Shown here: positions 1-9,300 of the stretch, in pieces
How the letters are laid out: each line of letters starts with the position of its first letter
Position numbering within the stretch: the stretch's first letter is position 1
Assembly: GCA_050302075.1 (NCBI GenBank)
Contig: JBNLAH010000001.1
Location: forward strand, 320,342-384,341
Source: Parachlamydiales bacterium
GTDB taxonomy: Bacteria; Chlamydiota; Chlamydiia; Chlamydiales; SM23-39
Direction of reading: 5' to 3'
Length of the DNA: 64,000 bases
Translations under genes and position numbers: made by a program
The notes under the pieces: generated by a model
What the model saw: only the letters and a program-made list of their open reading frames with translations
Databases searched by the model: none
What the model was told of the DNA's origin: nothing

Positions 1-347
1 CTCAGATTTGTAACTTCTTATTACTTGGAAAACCAGTTTATGCAATCAAAGGATTGCGTGGAGATAAAACTCGTTTTGCATATGATGAGGGAGTAAAAAA
101 AACTTATTTTTCAGCTACAGAGTTTATTGAATTTCTTAAACAAGAATGTGAAAAAGTCCTGAACCTAGAGCCTGAGTTGCTAGATCAGTTGAAAGATAAG
201 TATTTAGATCCAAATGTAAGACTGCTTACTAATCCAAAAAGAGGAGACGCTGGGACTAAACAGGCCTTGATAGACAAAGGGTGGAAGCTCTTTAAAGATA
301 TGAAGCTGTATGAAAAACTCAACCTTGTTTTCATAGAGTCTTGTTAG
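1..347 (+). CDS. 3' part of a hypothetical protein, open to the left window edge
   Basis: The frame of ORF 54..347 has no stop back to position 3; no recognisable motif. Confidence 0.55.
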   Translation, partial: QICNFLLLGKPVYAIKGLRGDKTRFAYDEGVKKTYFSATEFIEFLKQECEKVLNLEPELLDQLKDKYLDPNVRLLTNPKRGDAGTKQALIDKGWKLFKDMKLYEKLNLVFIESC

Positions 348-369
348 GTTCTTATAATTTCAGGCGATA

Positions 370-969
370 TCAAACTATTATTCCAGTAAGGCTTAAAGTA
401 ATTAAAACCATTCCCATTACTTTTGTAAAAATAGCTCGTTGTCTTTGAAAAAATGGCATAAATTGCGGATGAGTAAAAAAGTATGATATTAGACTGTACC
501 ATATTATTGCAGATACCGGTGCTGCAAGGGCAAAGGCTACCTTCATAGGCAAAGTATTATATGAGTTGGCAAATTGAGTGAACAAACTGATGCAAAAGAA
601 AGTTACCTTTGGATTTAACAAGTTAGTAGAAAGTCCAGCCATAAAAGGGTGTCTTAAAATAGTGTTTTTTTTTGCAGTAGACTCATCTAAAATTTTTCTA
701 AAAACCATTTTTGTTCCTAAATATCCCAAATAAAGTGACCCTAAAATTTTTAACATCAATAAAACTGTTGGTTTTTTTTGTAAAATAAGGGCAACCCCGC
801 TCATACAATAAAAAACATGAAAAAAAAGGGCTAAAGTAATTCCTAGAGCTGCCTGCATAGCGGCTTTTCTAGACCCGGTGAGTCCAAACTTGATAACTAC
901 TGCAAAGTCTGGGCCTGGGCTTACAGCAGCTAAGAGATTTAAGAAGGCAAATGCAAAAAAATCAGTCAC
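370..969 (-). CDS. LysE/RhtB family amino acid exporter
   Basis: SPGPDF and NLLNPK motifs; hydrophobic 199 aa. Confidence 0.9.
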   Translation of the reverse strand: MTDFFAFAFLNLLAAVSPGPDFAVVIKFGLTGSRKAAMQAALGITLALFFHVFYCMSGVALILQKKPTVLLMLKILGSLYLGYLGTKMVFRKILDESTAKKNTILRHPFMAGLSTNLLNPKVTFFCISLFTQFANSYNTLPMKVAFALAAPVSAIIWYSLISYFFTHPQFMPFFQRQRAIFTKVMGMVLITLSLTGIIV

Positions 970-1223
970 TTTTACGCTAGTTTTTAAAACAATTAAAAAA
1001 CATTAGATATAGTAATTTATGAAATGTTTAACCATAAAGGCAACCTTTTTTAAAGAAGGTAAGTTATTTTGTGTTTAAAAAAAAATATAGTCATCTCTCT
1101 GTTGAGAGAAGCGCTAAATTCAAATATTAATAATTCTTGAAAGTTATGTAGCTCAGAAGTACCTTTTCAAAGGATTTTCGCTGTTATAGTTTATTAAAAT
1201 AAAAATTATTTGTTTTAGGCCTT

Positions 1224-1910
1224 ATGGAAATAAATAAAGTGACCTTAGATCAGTGCGAAAGACTAAAGGGAATGGTTATTGTCATCGATGTAATCAGAGC
1301 TTTTACTACTACAGCTTTTGCTTTTTCCTCCGGCGCAGAAAAAATCTATTTAGTAAGCACAATAAAAGAGGCATTTGACCTGCATCATAAAATACCAGAT
1401 TCTCTATTAGTTGGAGAAGCTGAAGGACACCCTGTCAGAGGATTTCATTTCAATAACTCTCCATCTCAAATAAAGAATGCTAATTTAATGGGAAAAGAAC
1501 TAATTATGCGAACCTCATGTGGCTCTCAAGGAATCATAAAAAGCAAAGCAGCTGGCCATTTATTAGCATGCAGCTTTACGAATGCTTATGCAACTTTAGA
1601 GCATATTCGACAAATAAACCCAAATAACCTCACTTTTGTTATAACAAACCAAAATAATGGAGATGAAGACCTTGCTTTGGCTGATTACTTAGAAAAAAAA
1701 CTAACTCAAAAAAATGATGTATCAATTTCACCCTTTCTTGAAAGAGTGAAAAAATCAAATCTAGGGCGTCTTCTACAGAGAAATACTAGCTCTTTTTACC
1801 CATCAACTGACTTAGATACTGTTATTATGGCAAACAAGTTTAATTTCATCATGAAAGTCTCTCATGTTGGGGAAAATTTTATTATGACTAACAAATTTAA
1901 TAAGGCTTAA
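1224..1910 (+). CDS. 2-phosphosulfolactate phosphatase (ComB) family protein
   Basis: VIDVIRAFTT, GE..G...GFHFNNSP and ED motifs typical of the ComB family. Confidence 0.85.
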   Translation: MEINKVTLDQCERLKGMVIVIDVIRAFTTTAFAFSSGAEKIYLVSTIKEAFDLHHKIPDSLLVGEAEGHPVRGFHFNNSPSQIKNANLMGKELIMRTSCGSQGIIKSKAAGHLLACSFTNAYATLEHIRQINPNNLTFVITNQNNGDEDLALADYLEKKLTQKNDVSISPFLERVKKSNLGRLLQRNTSSFYPSTDLDTVIMANKFNFIMKVSHVGENFIMTNKFNKA

Positions 1911-1911
1911 A

Positions 1912-2316
1912 GTGAAGAGAATAAGCAGAGTTGGTTCTTATGGGCTTCTTGTTAAAGAAAGGAAAGTGGCCCTTGTAACTAAGGTGAAAGGTCCATATAC
2001 CGGATTGTTAGATTTACCTGGGGGTAAAATTGAATTTGGTGAATCTTCTTTAGATGCCCTAAAGCGTGAAATACGAGAAGAACTTGCACTAGAAGCTTTC
2101 AACTTAAGTATTTATAGTAGCTACTCTTATTTAGGGGCTTTCAATACAGATAGCCCTTTTCAGTTTCATCATTTAGGAGTTATATACCAAGTAAAGCAAT
2201 TTAAACCTGTTGAAGGTGCTATTCCTGAAGATAAATGGGATTGGTACTCGCTGGACGAATTATCTGAAGATGAATTAACCCCATTTGCTCAACAAGCTAT
2301 AACATCATTTAGATAG
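1912..2316 (+). CDS. NUDIX hydrolase
   Basis: Nudix box PGGKIEFGESSLDALKREIREE; 1 nt downstream of the ComB-like gene. Confidence 0.9.
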   Translation: MKRISRVGSYGLLVKERKVALVTKVKGPYTGLLDLPGGKIEFGESSLDALKREIREELALEAFNLSIYSSYSYLGAFNTDSPFQFHHLGVIYQVKQFKPVEGAIPEDKWDWYSLDELSEDELTPFAQQAITSFR

Positions 2317-2648
2317 CATTAGCGATTTAAAGATTATTGCTAGCAAATATTAAAACTATTATTTGTGCTAGTGCTATTAAAATATTAGAACTAGTTTGCT
2401 GATAAAAGACACTTTTTCTATTATTTTTGTAATTATTAGTTCTATGTATTTTCTCACCCTTCAACATTATTAATTAAATTTTAGTTTACTATTCAAAGTT
2501 TTTTATTAAAAGTATTTAGTAATATTTTTAATTGAGATGTCTTTAATTTTTTATTTCAAAAAACCCAAAAAATATATATAGTTTCCAACTAAAATTTTTT
2601 TTAGATTATTATAAACTTAAAATTAAAATTAAAAACAAAAAGAAAGAT

Positions 2649-3446
2649 ATGAATAATTTGACAGAATTAGGACATGCCGTAAACGGATCATTTAGTTTGT
2701 CAGCTTCTTTGCTTGCAACTCAACCATTTTTCACATTAAAAACTTTTCATATGACACAGTCTCAACGCCCTCCTTTTAGGCGACTTTGGGCTGGGTATAT
2801 GCCAAACGCTGTTGCTGGAGGACTTGCTGAAGGAGTAACATTTGTAACATATAAAATTGGTTCTGACTTGTTAAAAAAACAAGGAGAAGAACTAAGTAAC
2901 TATCAGAACATAGCTTTAAGCTTGGCTGCAGGAACTATTGGGGCTCCTATTAATGCTTCTTTCGAACAGGGTATGATCAGACAACAATTATATGGTAATA
3001 GTCTTAGCTATCACATGAAAGATATCTATAAGGCTTCTTCTTGGAAAGGGATATTTAAAGCAACAGGATTTACTGCTGCAAGGGATGGTTTATTTACTTG
3101 TGGAATATTTGCTTTTAATGATTATACGCAATCATTGATAAAACCTATTGTAGCAACACCTTTTTGGAATAACCTTACATCTGGAATGATTTCAGGAATG
3201 GTGGCTGGTTTTTTCAGCACACCATTTGACCTTGTAAAAACAATAGTTCAAGCAGATCCAAAGATAGATCGTACTTGTACAGACATAACTAAAGAAATGA
3301 TAAAAAGAAAAGGTATAGCATCAATTTTTAAAGGGGCAGTTCATCGCTCGCTTACAATTGGGCCTTTGATTTGTTTAACATCTTTGCTTAAAGACCAAAC
3401 ACTAGATTATTTTCCTGAATACTTGAAAACTCAACATTTTGAATAA
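2649..3446 (+). CDS. mitochondrial carrier family (SLC25-like) protein
   Basis: Tripartite repeats with QPFFTLKT, ASFEQGMIR and canonical TPFDLVKT (Px[DE]xx[KR]), each followed by LWAG / GIFKA / SIFKG segments; 265 aa. Confidence 0.8.
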   Translation: MNNLTELGHAVNGSFSLSASLLATQPFFTLKTFHMTQSQRPPFRRLWAGYMPNAVAGGLAEGVTFVTYKIGSDLLKKQGEELSNYQNIALSLAAGTIGAPINASFEQGMIRQQLYGNSLSYHMKDIYKASSWKGIFKATGFTAARDGLFTCGIFAFNDYTQSLIKPIVATPFWNNLTSGMISGMVAGFFSTPFDLVKTIVQADPKIDRTCTDITKEMIKRKGIASIFKGAVHRSLTIGPLICLTSLLKDQTLDYFPEYLKTQHFE

Positions 3447-3464
3447 TTAATATTCTCTATTCTA

Positions 3465-3501
3465 AGAAAAACTGATGAAATTATTTTTCATCAGTTTTTC
3501 T
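3465..3501. terminator. bidirectional intrinsic terminator
   Basis: Perfect 16-bp inverted repeat AGAAAAACTGATGAAA/TTTCATCAGTTTTTCT between convergent genes. Confidence 0.8.
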
Positions 3502-3512
3502 ATTAATAAATG

Positions 3513-4700
3513 CTACACAAGTTTTTCTATAGCTTGATCCAAATCATCAATAATATCTTTGGTTTTTTCGACGCCAATAGATAACCGAATTAAGTCATCG
3601 GAAGTATGATCTATTTGTGAAGTCTTTTTATGATCTTGAGTGACCATAGAATGAGACATTGATTCTGCATGCTCTATGCAACTGTGAAGGCCACCTAAGC
3701 TAACAAACAGACCTACTAAATTGGTATTTTGAATCAATTGGATTGCTGATCCTTGACCTTTTTTTAAAGAAAAAGAGATGACGCCTCCACCATTTTTAAA
3801 TAATTTCTCGGCCAATTGAAATTGGGGGTTAGACTTTAAAAGGGGGTATTGAACTGATTTTATTTTAGGATTAAGTTCAAGATGTTTAGCTATGGCTAGA
3901 GCTGATTTATTTTGTTGTTCTAACCTTAAATGCAGAGTTTTAACTCCTTGAGAAATAAGCCATGAAGCATGAGGGTCTACACAGTTTCCATATAATGTTT
4001 GTGTATGCCAAATTTTTTTAGCAATTTTATGAGAACTTAAAATAGCTCCCCCGAATGATGAGAAGTGCCCACTAATATATTTAGTAAGGCTATGGATTAC
4101 AACATCTACAAAATCTGGAAGATGAACTGATAGATTTCCAGGTGGTGTAAAAGTAGCATCACTTATTGTCACAGCATTTATTTTTGTAGAAATTTCTTTT
4201 ATTTTAATTATATCCGCAATCACAAGATCTGGGTTACTCAAAGTCTCGAAGTAGATAAAAGTTTTATTTTCTTTAGAGGGGAGGGGATTTTTTAAAATTT
4301 CTTCAATATTGTTAATGTCAAAAAAGACAACTTTTATCCCAAATCTAGGTAGCTCTTCAATGAAAAACTTTAAAGTATCTCCATAAAGACGATTTGAAGC
4401 AAATATAACATCATTAGCTTTTACTAATGATAGAAGTGTCGTCGTAATTGCTGACATTCCCGAAGGAAAAATAAGACATTTTTCATAACCACTTATGTTT
4501 GTTAATTGCTTTTCTAAAAAGCTAATTGTTGGGTTGCCCCATCGAGTGTAGTAATCTGTAGGATGGTTTGCATTTTCACAGCGAACAGCCTCTTCATAAG
4601 ACGGCATCTTAAAAACGCTGGTTTGGTAAATTGGTTGGCAAAGAGGATCATTCTTAGCATATACATTGGCTGTTTTCAGCATTTTAGAGGAATTATCCAT
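3513..4700 (-). CDS. PLP-dependent trans-sulfuration family enzyme (cystathionine gamma-synthase/lyase-like)
   Basis: PIYQTSVF, YTRWGNPT, SGMSAI, ETLSNP, HSLTKYISGH (PLP lysine), SLGG, LIRLSIGVE. Confidence 0.92.
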   Translation of the reverse strand: MDNSSKMLKTANVYAKNDPLCQPIYQTSVFKMPSYEEAVRCENANHPTDYYTRWGNPTISFLEKQLTNISGYEKCLIFPSGMSAITTTLLSLVKANDVIFASNRLYGDTLKFFIEELPRFGIKVVFFDINNIEEILKNPLPSKENKTFIYFETLSNPDLVIADIIKIKEISTKINAVTISDATFTPPGNLSVHLPDFVDVVIHSLTKYISGHFSSFGGAILSSHKIAKKIWHTQTLYGNCVDPHASWLISQGVKTLHLRLEQQNKSALAIAKHLELNPKIKSVQYPLLKSNPQFQLAEKLFKNGGGVISFSLKKGQGSAIQLIQNTNLVGLFVSLGGLHSCIEHAESMSHSMVTQDHKKTSQIDHTSDDLIRLSIGVEKTKDIIDDLDQAIEKLV

Positions 4701-4710
4701 AATTAATCCT

Positions 4711-5670
4711 TTAAGGTAATGGTTTAGGTAAAGGAATTTTTCCTGCGAGCAAACCAGGAATTAAAGCTACTTTTTCCCGATCAGCAGAGAGAAAAATCCC
4801 CCCGAAGCATCGATTTATTTTATTATACAAAGGGTCACCCATCATTATTTTATGAGCTTGTTTTAAGTTCCAAAAGGGAATCCCAGGCCTTAGATGGTGA
4901 GTTAGGTGATAGTTTTCATTATGGATACTCAAGAAAAATCCTTCTATCCAATGACTGAATCGATTCCGTGACATTTCTACAGGTTTATCTGAATTTCCTA
5001 GCAGAGGAAAGTGCTCTGCAATTTCAATGAAATGGCCAATTATGATAAATGTTGTAAAATAAGGAACAACCCAAAACGATAAGAACAATGAAAAAAGATC
5101 ATACCTAAAAATTAATGTCAAAATTATTGACCAAAATAAGATAAATTGGATTAGCTCTTTTCGAAATTCATAAAACGAAGTCAGTCGGTGTTTTACTAAA
5201 TAACTAAAATAGGGGAAAGTTTTTAAAAGAAGCAAGGGGTATAAAACATAAGATTTAAGAAATTGTTTTTTGCTAATTCCCTTATACAATCCCTGCGAAA
5301 TGTAAAATTGAAAATCAGGATCATTATTTTTATCTCCTAATGATCCATGATGGAGCATAACATGAGATTTTTTATAAGCATTAAAGCATTGGAGGATCCA
5401 AAATCCTGAAAAAACAGTGCCTATAATATAATTTAAAGTTTTATTCTTAGCTGCCCGATAATGGACAGCTTCATGTAGTATTGTTGCAAGAGCTCTTTGT
5501 CTTGAACCTATCACCAAAATACTCAAAGGGTAAAAATATAAACTGTAGTGTGCTACCATAATAGATAAGATAATCAAACTCCAGTCTACAAAAACAGCCG
5601 CGAGTGTATGGTAATTATCGCATTTTGATAATCGGTTTAATTGAATATTTAGTTCTTTTGAAAATTTCAT
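4711..5670 (-). CDS. membrane His-box desaturase/hydroxylase, RtxC/GntB-like
   Basis: His boxes LHEAVH, SHVMLHH, HNENYHLTHH; IGSRQRALATILHE segment typical of the RtxC/GntB subgroup (from memory). Confidence 0.8.
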   Translation of the reverse strand: MKFSKELNIQLNRLSKCDNYHTLAAVFVDWSLIILSIMVAHYSLYFYPLSILVIGSRQRALATILHEAVHYRAAKNKTLNYIIGTVFSGFWILQCFNAYKKSHVMLHHGSLGDKNNDPDFQFYISQGLYKGISKKQFLKSYVLYPLLLLKTFPYFSYLVKHRLTSFYEFRKELIQFILFWSIILTLIFRYDLFSLFLSFWVVPYFTTFIIIGHFIEIAEHFPLLGNSDKPVEMSRNRFSHWIEGFFLSIHNENYHLTHHLRPGIPFWNLKQAHKIMMGDPLYNKINRCFGGIFLSADREKVALIPGLLAGKIPLPKPLP

Positions 5671-6602
5671 ACCAGCTCCTTTGGAAATGGAATTGGAGGT
5701 CTTTCTCTATAATAACTCCTAGTCAGAGCTTGAAATTTGTCTTTAAATGGTGTAGGTAGTTGATCTATAGTTTTTTGATAGGCAAGTTTTCGTCCGTTTA
5801 ACTCGTCTTGCAAAAGTTTGCGGGCATCGCCTTTATGTAACTTAATGAACATTCTGTAAATATTGAAATCGTTATTTTTAACATCATTTTCATATTGCAT
5901 TAAATCTGCCTCAATATCTCGGATAATCTCAATTCCCTGGATGGCTTGCCATACTTGATCATTTAGAGAGATACCTTTTATTTTTTGGCAAATATGATGG
6001 AGCATCATTACGTCACTAGGTCTTAAACGAATTGCATCTAAAAGCCTTTCATGAGTTATATCAATACCTTTTATCAATTGGTTCTCTAGATTCCAATATT
6101 CAGTTAAGTTATCAGCCTCTTTTTCAATTTTATCAGAGTATAAGCCTAATTCTTTAAGCAACTTCATCAAAGCATTTTTTTGATCAATCCAAGGCTGAAC
6201 ACCTCTAAACGTACTGGGATCTTTTTGACCTTGCTCAATTTCACTATCTGCTTCGTAAACTAGCGATTGAGCAGAAAGAATAATGGGAAAAAAGTCTTTC
6301 ATGAATTGAGCTTCTGTAAAATCGTATAAAGGAGCTACATACTGTGAAAAAAAAGATAGAAATTTCATACTATGCTGGACATTTCTATAAGATAGTAAAG
6401 CCGTATCCGTTATCGAGCAGTTTTTTTTCGAACTGTGAGCATTAGGGTTAGGTGTAAGTGGTACTGCAAATCTTCGCTGATTTAGGTGAGTTCTACTGCT
6501 GGGAAATCTTGAACGAGCAAACAAAGATGGCGTTAAACGCCTATCAAATTGCTTAGACATTGGCCAGAGTGGTTTAAATGAGAGCGATACTTTACAAAGC
6601 AT
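5667..6602 (-). CDS. hypothetical protein with probable class I isoprenoid-synthase-like fold and basic N-terminal extension
   Basis: GGAGG RBS before the ATG; 4-nt overlap with the desaturase; acidic helix RDIEADLMQYENDVKNNDFNIYRMF. Confidence 0.6.
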   Translation of the reverse strand: MLCKVSLSFKPLWPMSKQFDRRLTPSLFARSRFPSSRTHLNQRRFAVPLTPNPNAHSSKKNCSITDTALLSYRNVQHSMKFLSFFSQYVAPLYDFTEAQFMKDFFPIILSAQSLVYEADSEIEQGQKDPSTFRGVQPWIDQKNALMKLLKELGLYSDKIEKEADNLTEYWNLENQLIKGIDITHERLLDAIRLRPSDVMMLHHICQKIKGISLNDQVWQAIQGIEIIRDIEADLMQYENDVKNNDFNIYRMFIKLHKGDARKLLQDELNGRKLAYQKTIDQLPTPFKDKFQALTRSYYRERPPIPFPKELV

Positions 6603-6873
6603 AAATCCTCCAAAAAAATATTTTTCGAAGAACTTACATCAGCACAATTTTTTTTGTACATAATTTTATTAAAAGCTTCTCTATAAAAAAAACATCATTA
6701 ATTCAATTTTAATTTTTAGATTGATTTTTTTTTGAAGATAGTATTTCTTGTTTGAGTATTTTATTTGCTATGCAAGGTTTAAAAAACCTTTATTTTATGG
6801 CAAAAATAAATATAATCCTTGCTAATAGATATTATTTTTTAGATATCTTTTAATAATAATATTCAAAATATAA

Positions 6874-8190
6874 GTGCGTATGACTAAAAAATTGTCTTTT
6901 CCTTCTATTGTTTCTTTAGTAATTGGTAGTCAAATTGGATCCGGAGTTTTTTTACTTCCTTCAAGCTTAGCAACCGTTGGGCCAATTAGCCTTTTTGGAT
7001 GCTTTTTTTCGGGAATGGGTGCCATACTTCTAGCTCTTGTCTTTGCCAAATTAAGTATGACTGTTTCTAATAAAGGTGGCGGTCCTCATATTTATGTTGA
7101 AAGGGCATTTGGAAGGAAAGCAGCTTTTTTTACAGCTTGGACATACTGGCTTGTTTCTTGGGTAAGTAGCCTTGCAGTTATCATTGCAGCAGTAGGATAT
7201 CTTTCATCTTTAATAAATATCCCATCTTCTTTGTTTTTATTAGGAGCTGAGTTAATAATTATTATTGCTGTAACAATGCTCAATATGAGGGGGATTACAG
7301 CAGCTGGAAAATTTGAAATTTTGCTTACGGGAGTCAAGTGCTTGCCTCTTATTGTTGTTCCAATAGCAGGACTTATTGCGCTTAACTTTGATAACCTAAC
7401 TCCCTTGAACCCAAACAATTTAAACGTTTTTAGTGCACTTAATAAAGCTTCTCTTATGACATTTTGGGGTTTTATTGGAATTGAAATGGCGACAACAACT
7501 GCTGGTGTAGCTGAAAATCCATCGAAAACAATACCAAAAGCAATTTTGTTAGGTACTTCTTTTGTAATTCTAGTTTATTTGCTAAGTAGTGTTGCTATCA
7601 TGGGAGTTATCCCACAGTCAATTTTAGAAAAGACTAACGCACCTTATGCAATTGCGACTCAAATAATTTTTGGTCAAGGCTGGGATTTTATTATTGCTGC
7701 ATTGGCCTTTGTTGCATGTATTGGAACTCTGAATGCTTGGATCTTAACAAGTGGTCAAATTGCTTTTGAAGCTTCAAAAGATGGTCTGTTTCCTCCAATT
7801 TTTTCAAAAACAAATAAACTTGGTGCACCTTCTGCAAGCTTAATGATAACTTTAATTATTTCAATATTTTTACTTGTCTTGACTTTGACTCCAAATATCT
7901 TAGAACAAATGAATATGATTATTGATCTTTCAGTTATGACTTTTCTTCTGGTATATTTAATATCTGCAGCAGCGCTTATAAAAATTATAGTACAAGAAAA
8001 ACTGAAAAAGTCCCGTATTTATTTAGCGATAAGCATATTAGGTGGATTGTTTTGTGTTTGGGTACTGGTCTTTGATTCTCTTTTTCATCTTTCGCTTTGC
8101 TCTTTATTTGTAATAAGTGGAATTCCTGTTTATTTATTACAGCAAAAAAGATGGTCTGCAGCTCAAAAAGAAGCATTAGAAAGGCTGTGA
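6874..8190 (+). CDS. APC family amino acid permease
   Basis: IGSGVFLLP, GGPHIYV, FWGFIGIE, ENPSKTIPKA; about 12 hydrophobic segments. Confidence 0.92.
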   Translation: MRMTKKLSFPSIVSLVIGSQIGSGVFLLPSSLATVGPISLFGCFFSGMGAILLALVFAKLSMTVSNKGGGPHIYVERAFGRKAAFFTAWTYWLVSWVSSLAVIIAAVGYLSSLINIPSSLFLLGAELIIIIAVTMLNMRGITAAGKFEILLTGVKCLPLIVVPIAGLIALNFDNLTPLNPNNLNVFSALNKASLMTFWGFIGIEMATTTAGVAENPSKTIPKAILLGTSFVILVYLLSSVAIMGVIPQSILEKTNAPYAIATQIIFGQGWDFIIAALAFVACIGTLNAWILTSGQIAFEASKDGLFPPIFSKTNKLGAPSASLMITLIISIFLLVLTLTPNILEQMNMIIDLSVMTFLLVYLISAAALIKIIVQEKLKKSRIYLAISILGGLFCVWVLVFDSLFHLSLCSLFVISGIPVYLLQQKRWSAAQKEALERL

Positions 8191-8250
8191 TTTTTCAATC
8201 ACATATGGCTGATTGTCAAGTTTTTCCAAAATGAGTGCAAACCTTACTAG

Positions 8251-8760
8251 TCAGATCCAGTTTGGATCTGATTCATCCTCTTCCTGAATAGGAGGTAGCC
8301 CAATACTAAAAATAGAGATTATCTCACTAGCTCTTTCTTCAATTTTTATTAAATTTGTAATCCATTTATCCATTTCTTTATAAATTTCAGGATCCTTATT
8401 ATTAAAAATGGTTACCCAATTCATAATTAAATCAATAACAGGCTCTCTATCTATTGGATCTTGTAATATCCATAGAAATTTATTGAGAGGTTCTATACGC
8501 ATATTTCTAACTAAAAATGGAATAGATAGTTTTATTTCACTTAACTCTATTTTTAAAAAAGATAGGTTTTTGTTGGTTACTTCTTTAATGGTATTAATTA
8601 AGTCATGTTGGCAGATAGCGGAAAAATTATTATTTAAAAAAGGTAAATTCATTTCTGGTGCAAGCTTTGATAATTCTAAATCATCTTTTTGCTTTATAAG
8701 TTTTTTTGCTATTTCATAGTCTGAATACGTTGAACTTGGTGCGCTAGATATTGTAGCCAT
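8251..8760 (-). CDS. hypothetical protein
   Basis: 169-aa ORF with AGGGA RBS and Ser/Thr-rich N-terminus. Confidence 0.6.
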   Translation of the reverse strand: MATISSAPSSTYSDYEIAKKLIKQKDDLELSKLAPEMNLPFLNNNFSAICQHDLINTIKEVTNKNLSFLKIELSEIKLSIPFLVRNMRIEPLNKFLWILQDPIDREPVIDLIMNWVTIFNNKDPEIYKEMDKWITNLIKIEERASEIISIFSIGLPPIQEEDESDPNWI

Positions 8761-8934
8761 TTTAATTCCCTATTGTTAATAATTCTTAGTTTTTTAAGAT
8801 TAAATATTTTTTATGTCAAGATAAGTTAAAGTAATATTTTTAAATTTGGGTGTGTTCTGCTTTGTTGCTGCTTTTTTATGGGGCTAAATTTAAAATGAAA
8901 TCAAGCCTAAGGTCATTAAAATGATAGAAAAATA

Positions 8935-9228
8935 ATGAAACCGCTTAAAAATAAAAGCCTTCAAGATTTAAAAAATGTGGGGAAAGCAACTCTCCAAGAT
9001 TTGAATATTCTTGGTATCTATTCTATAGAAGATCTAACTAACTATGATGCTACTGAGTTATTCCATAAACTAGAAAAGAGAACAAATAAACGACAGGATC
9101 CTTGTGTTTGGGATGTATTTGCAGCCATTATCCATGAAGCTAAAACAGGGGAGCCAACTGTATGGTGGAAATGGACAGTTCAAAGAAAAGAACTGCAAAA
9201 GGCAGGGAAGTTCCATCATGTGGTTTAA
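8935..9228 (+). CDS. helix-hairpin-helix protein, Cdd1/mitomycin-resistance-like
   Basis: LKNVGKA..QDL..LGI, RQDPCVWDVFAA, WWKWT. Confidence 0.8.
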   Translation: MKPLKNKSLQDLKNVGKATLQDLNILGIYSIEDLTNYDATELFHKLEKRTNKRQDPCVWDVFAAIIHEAKTGEPTVWWKWTVQRKELQKAGKFHHVV

Positions 9229-9300
9229 TCTGTTTTTCTACAATGAAACCTTCAATTAATTTTGGATTGATTTTTCTTTTATTAATGATATAAGAAAATC

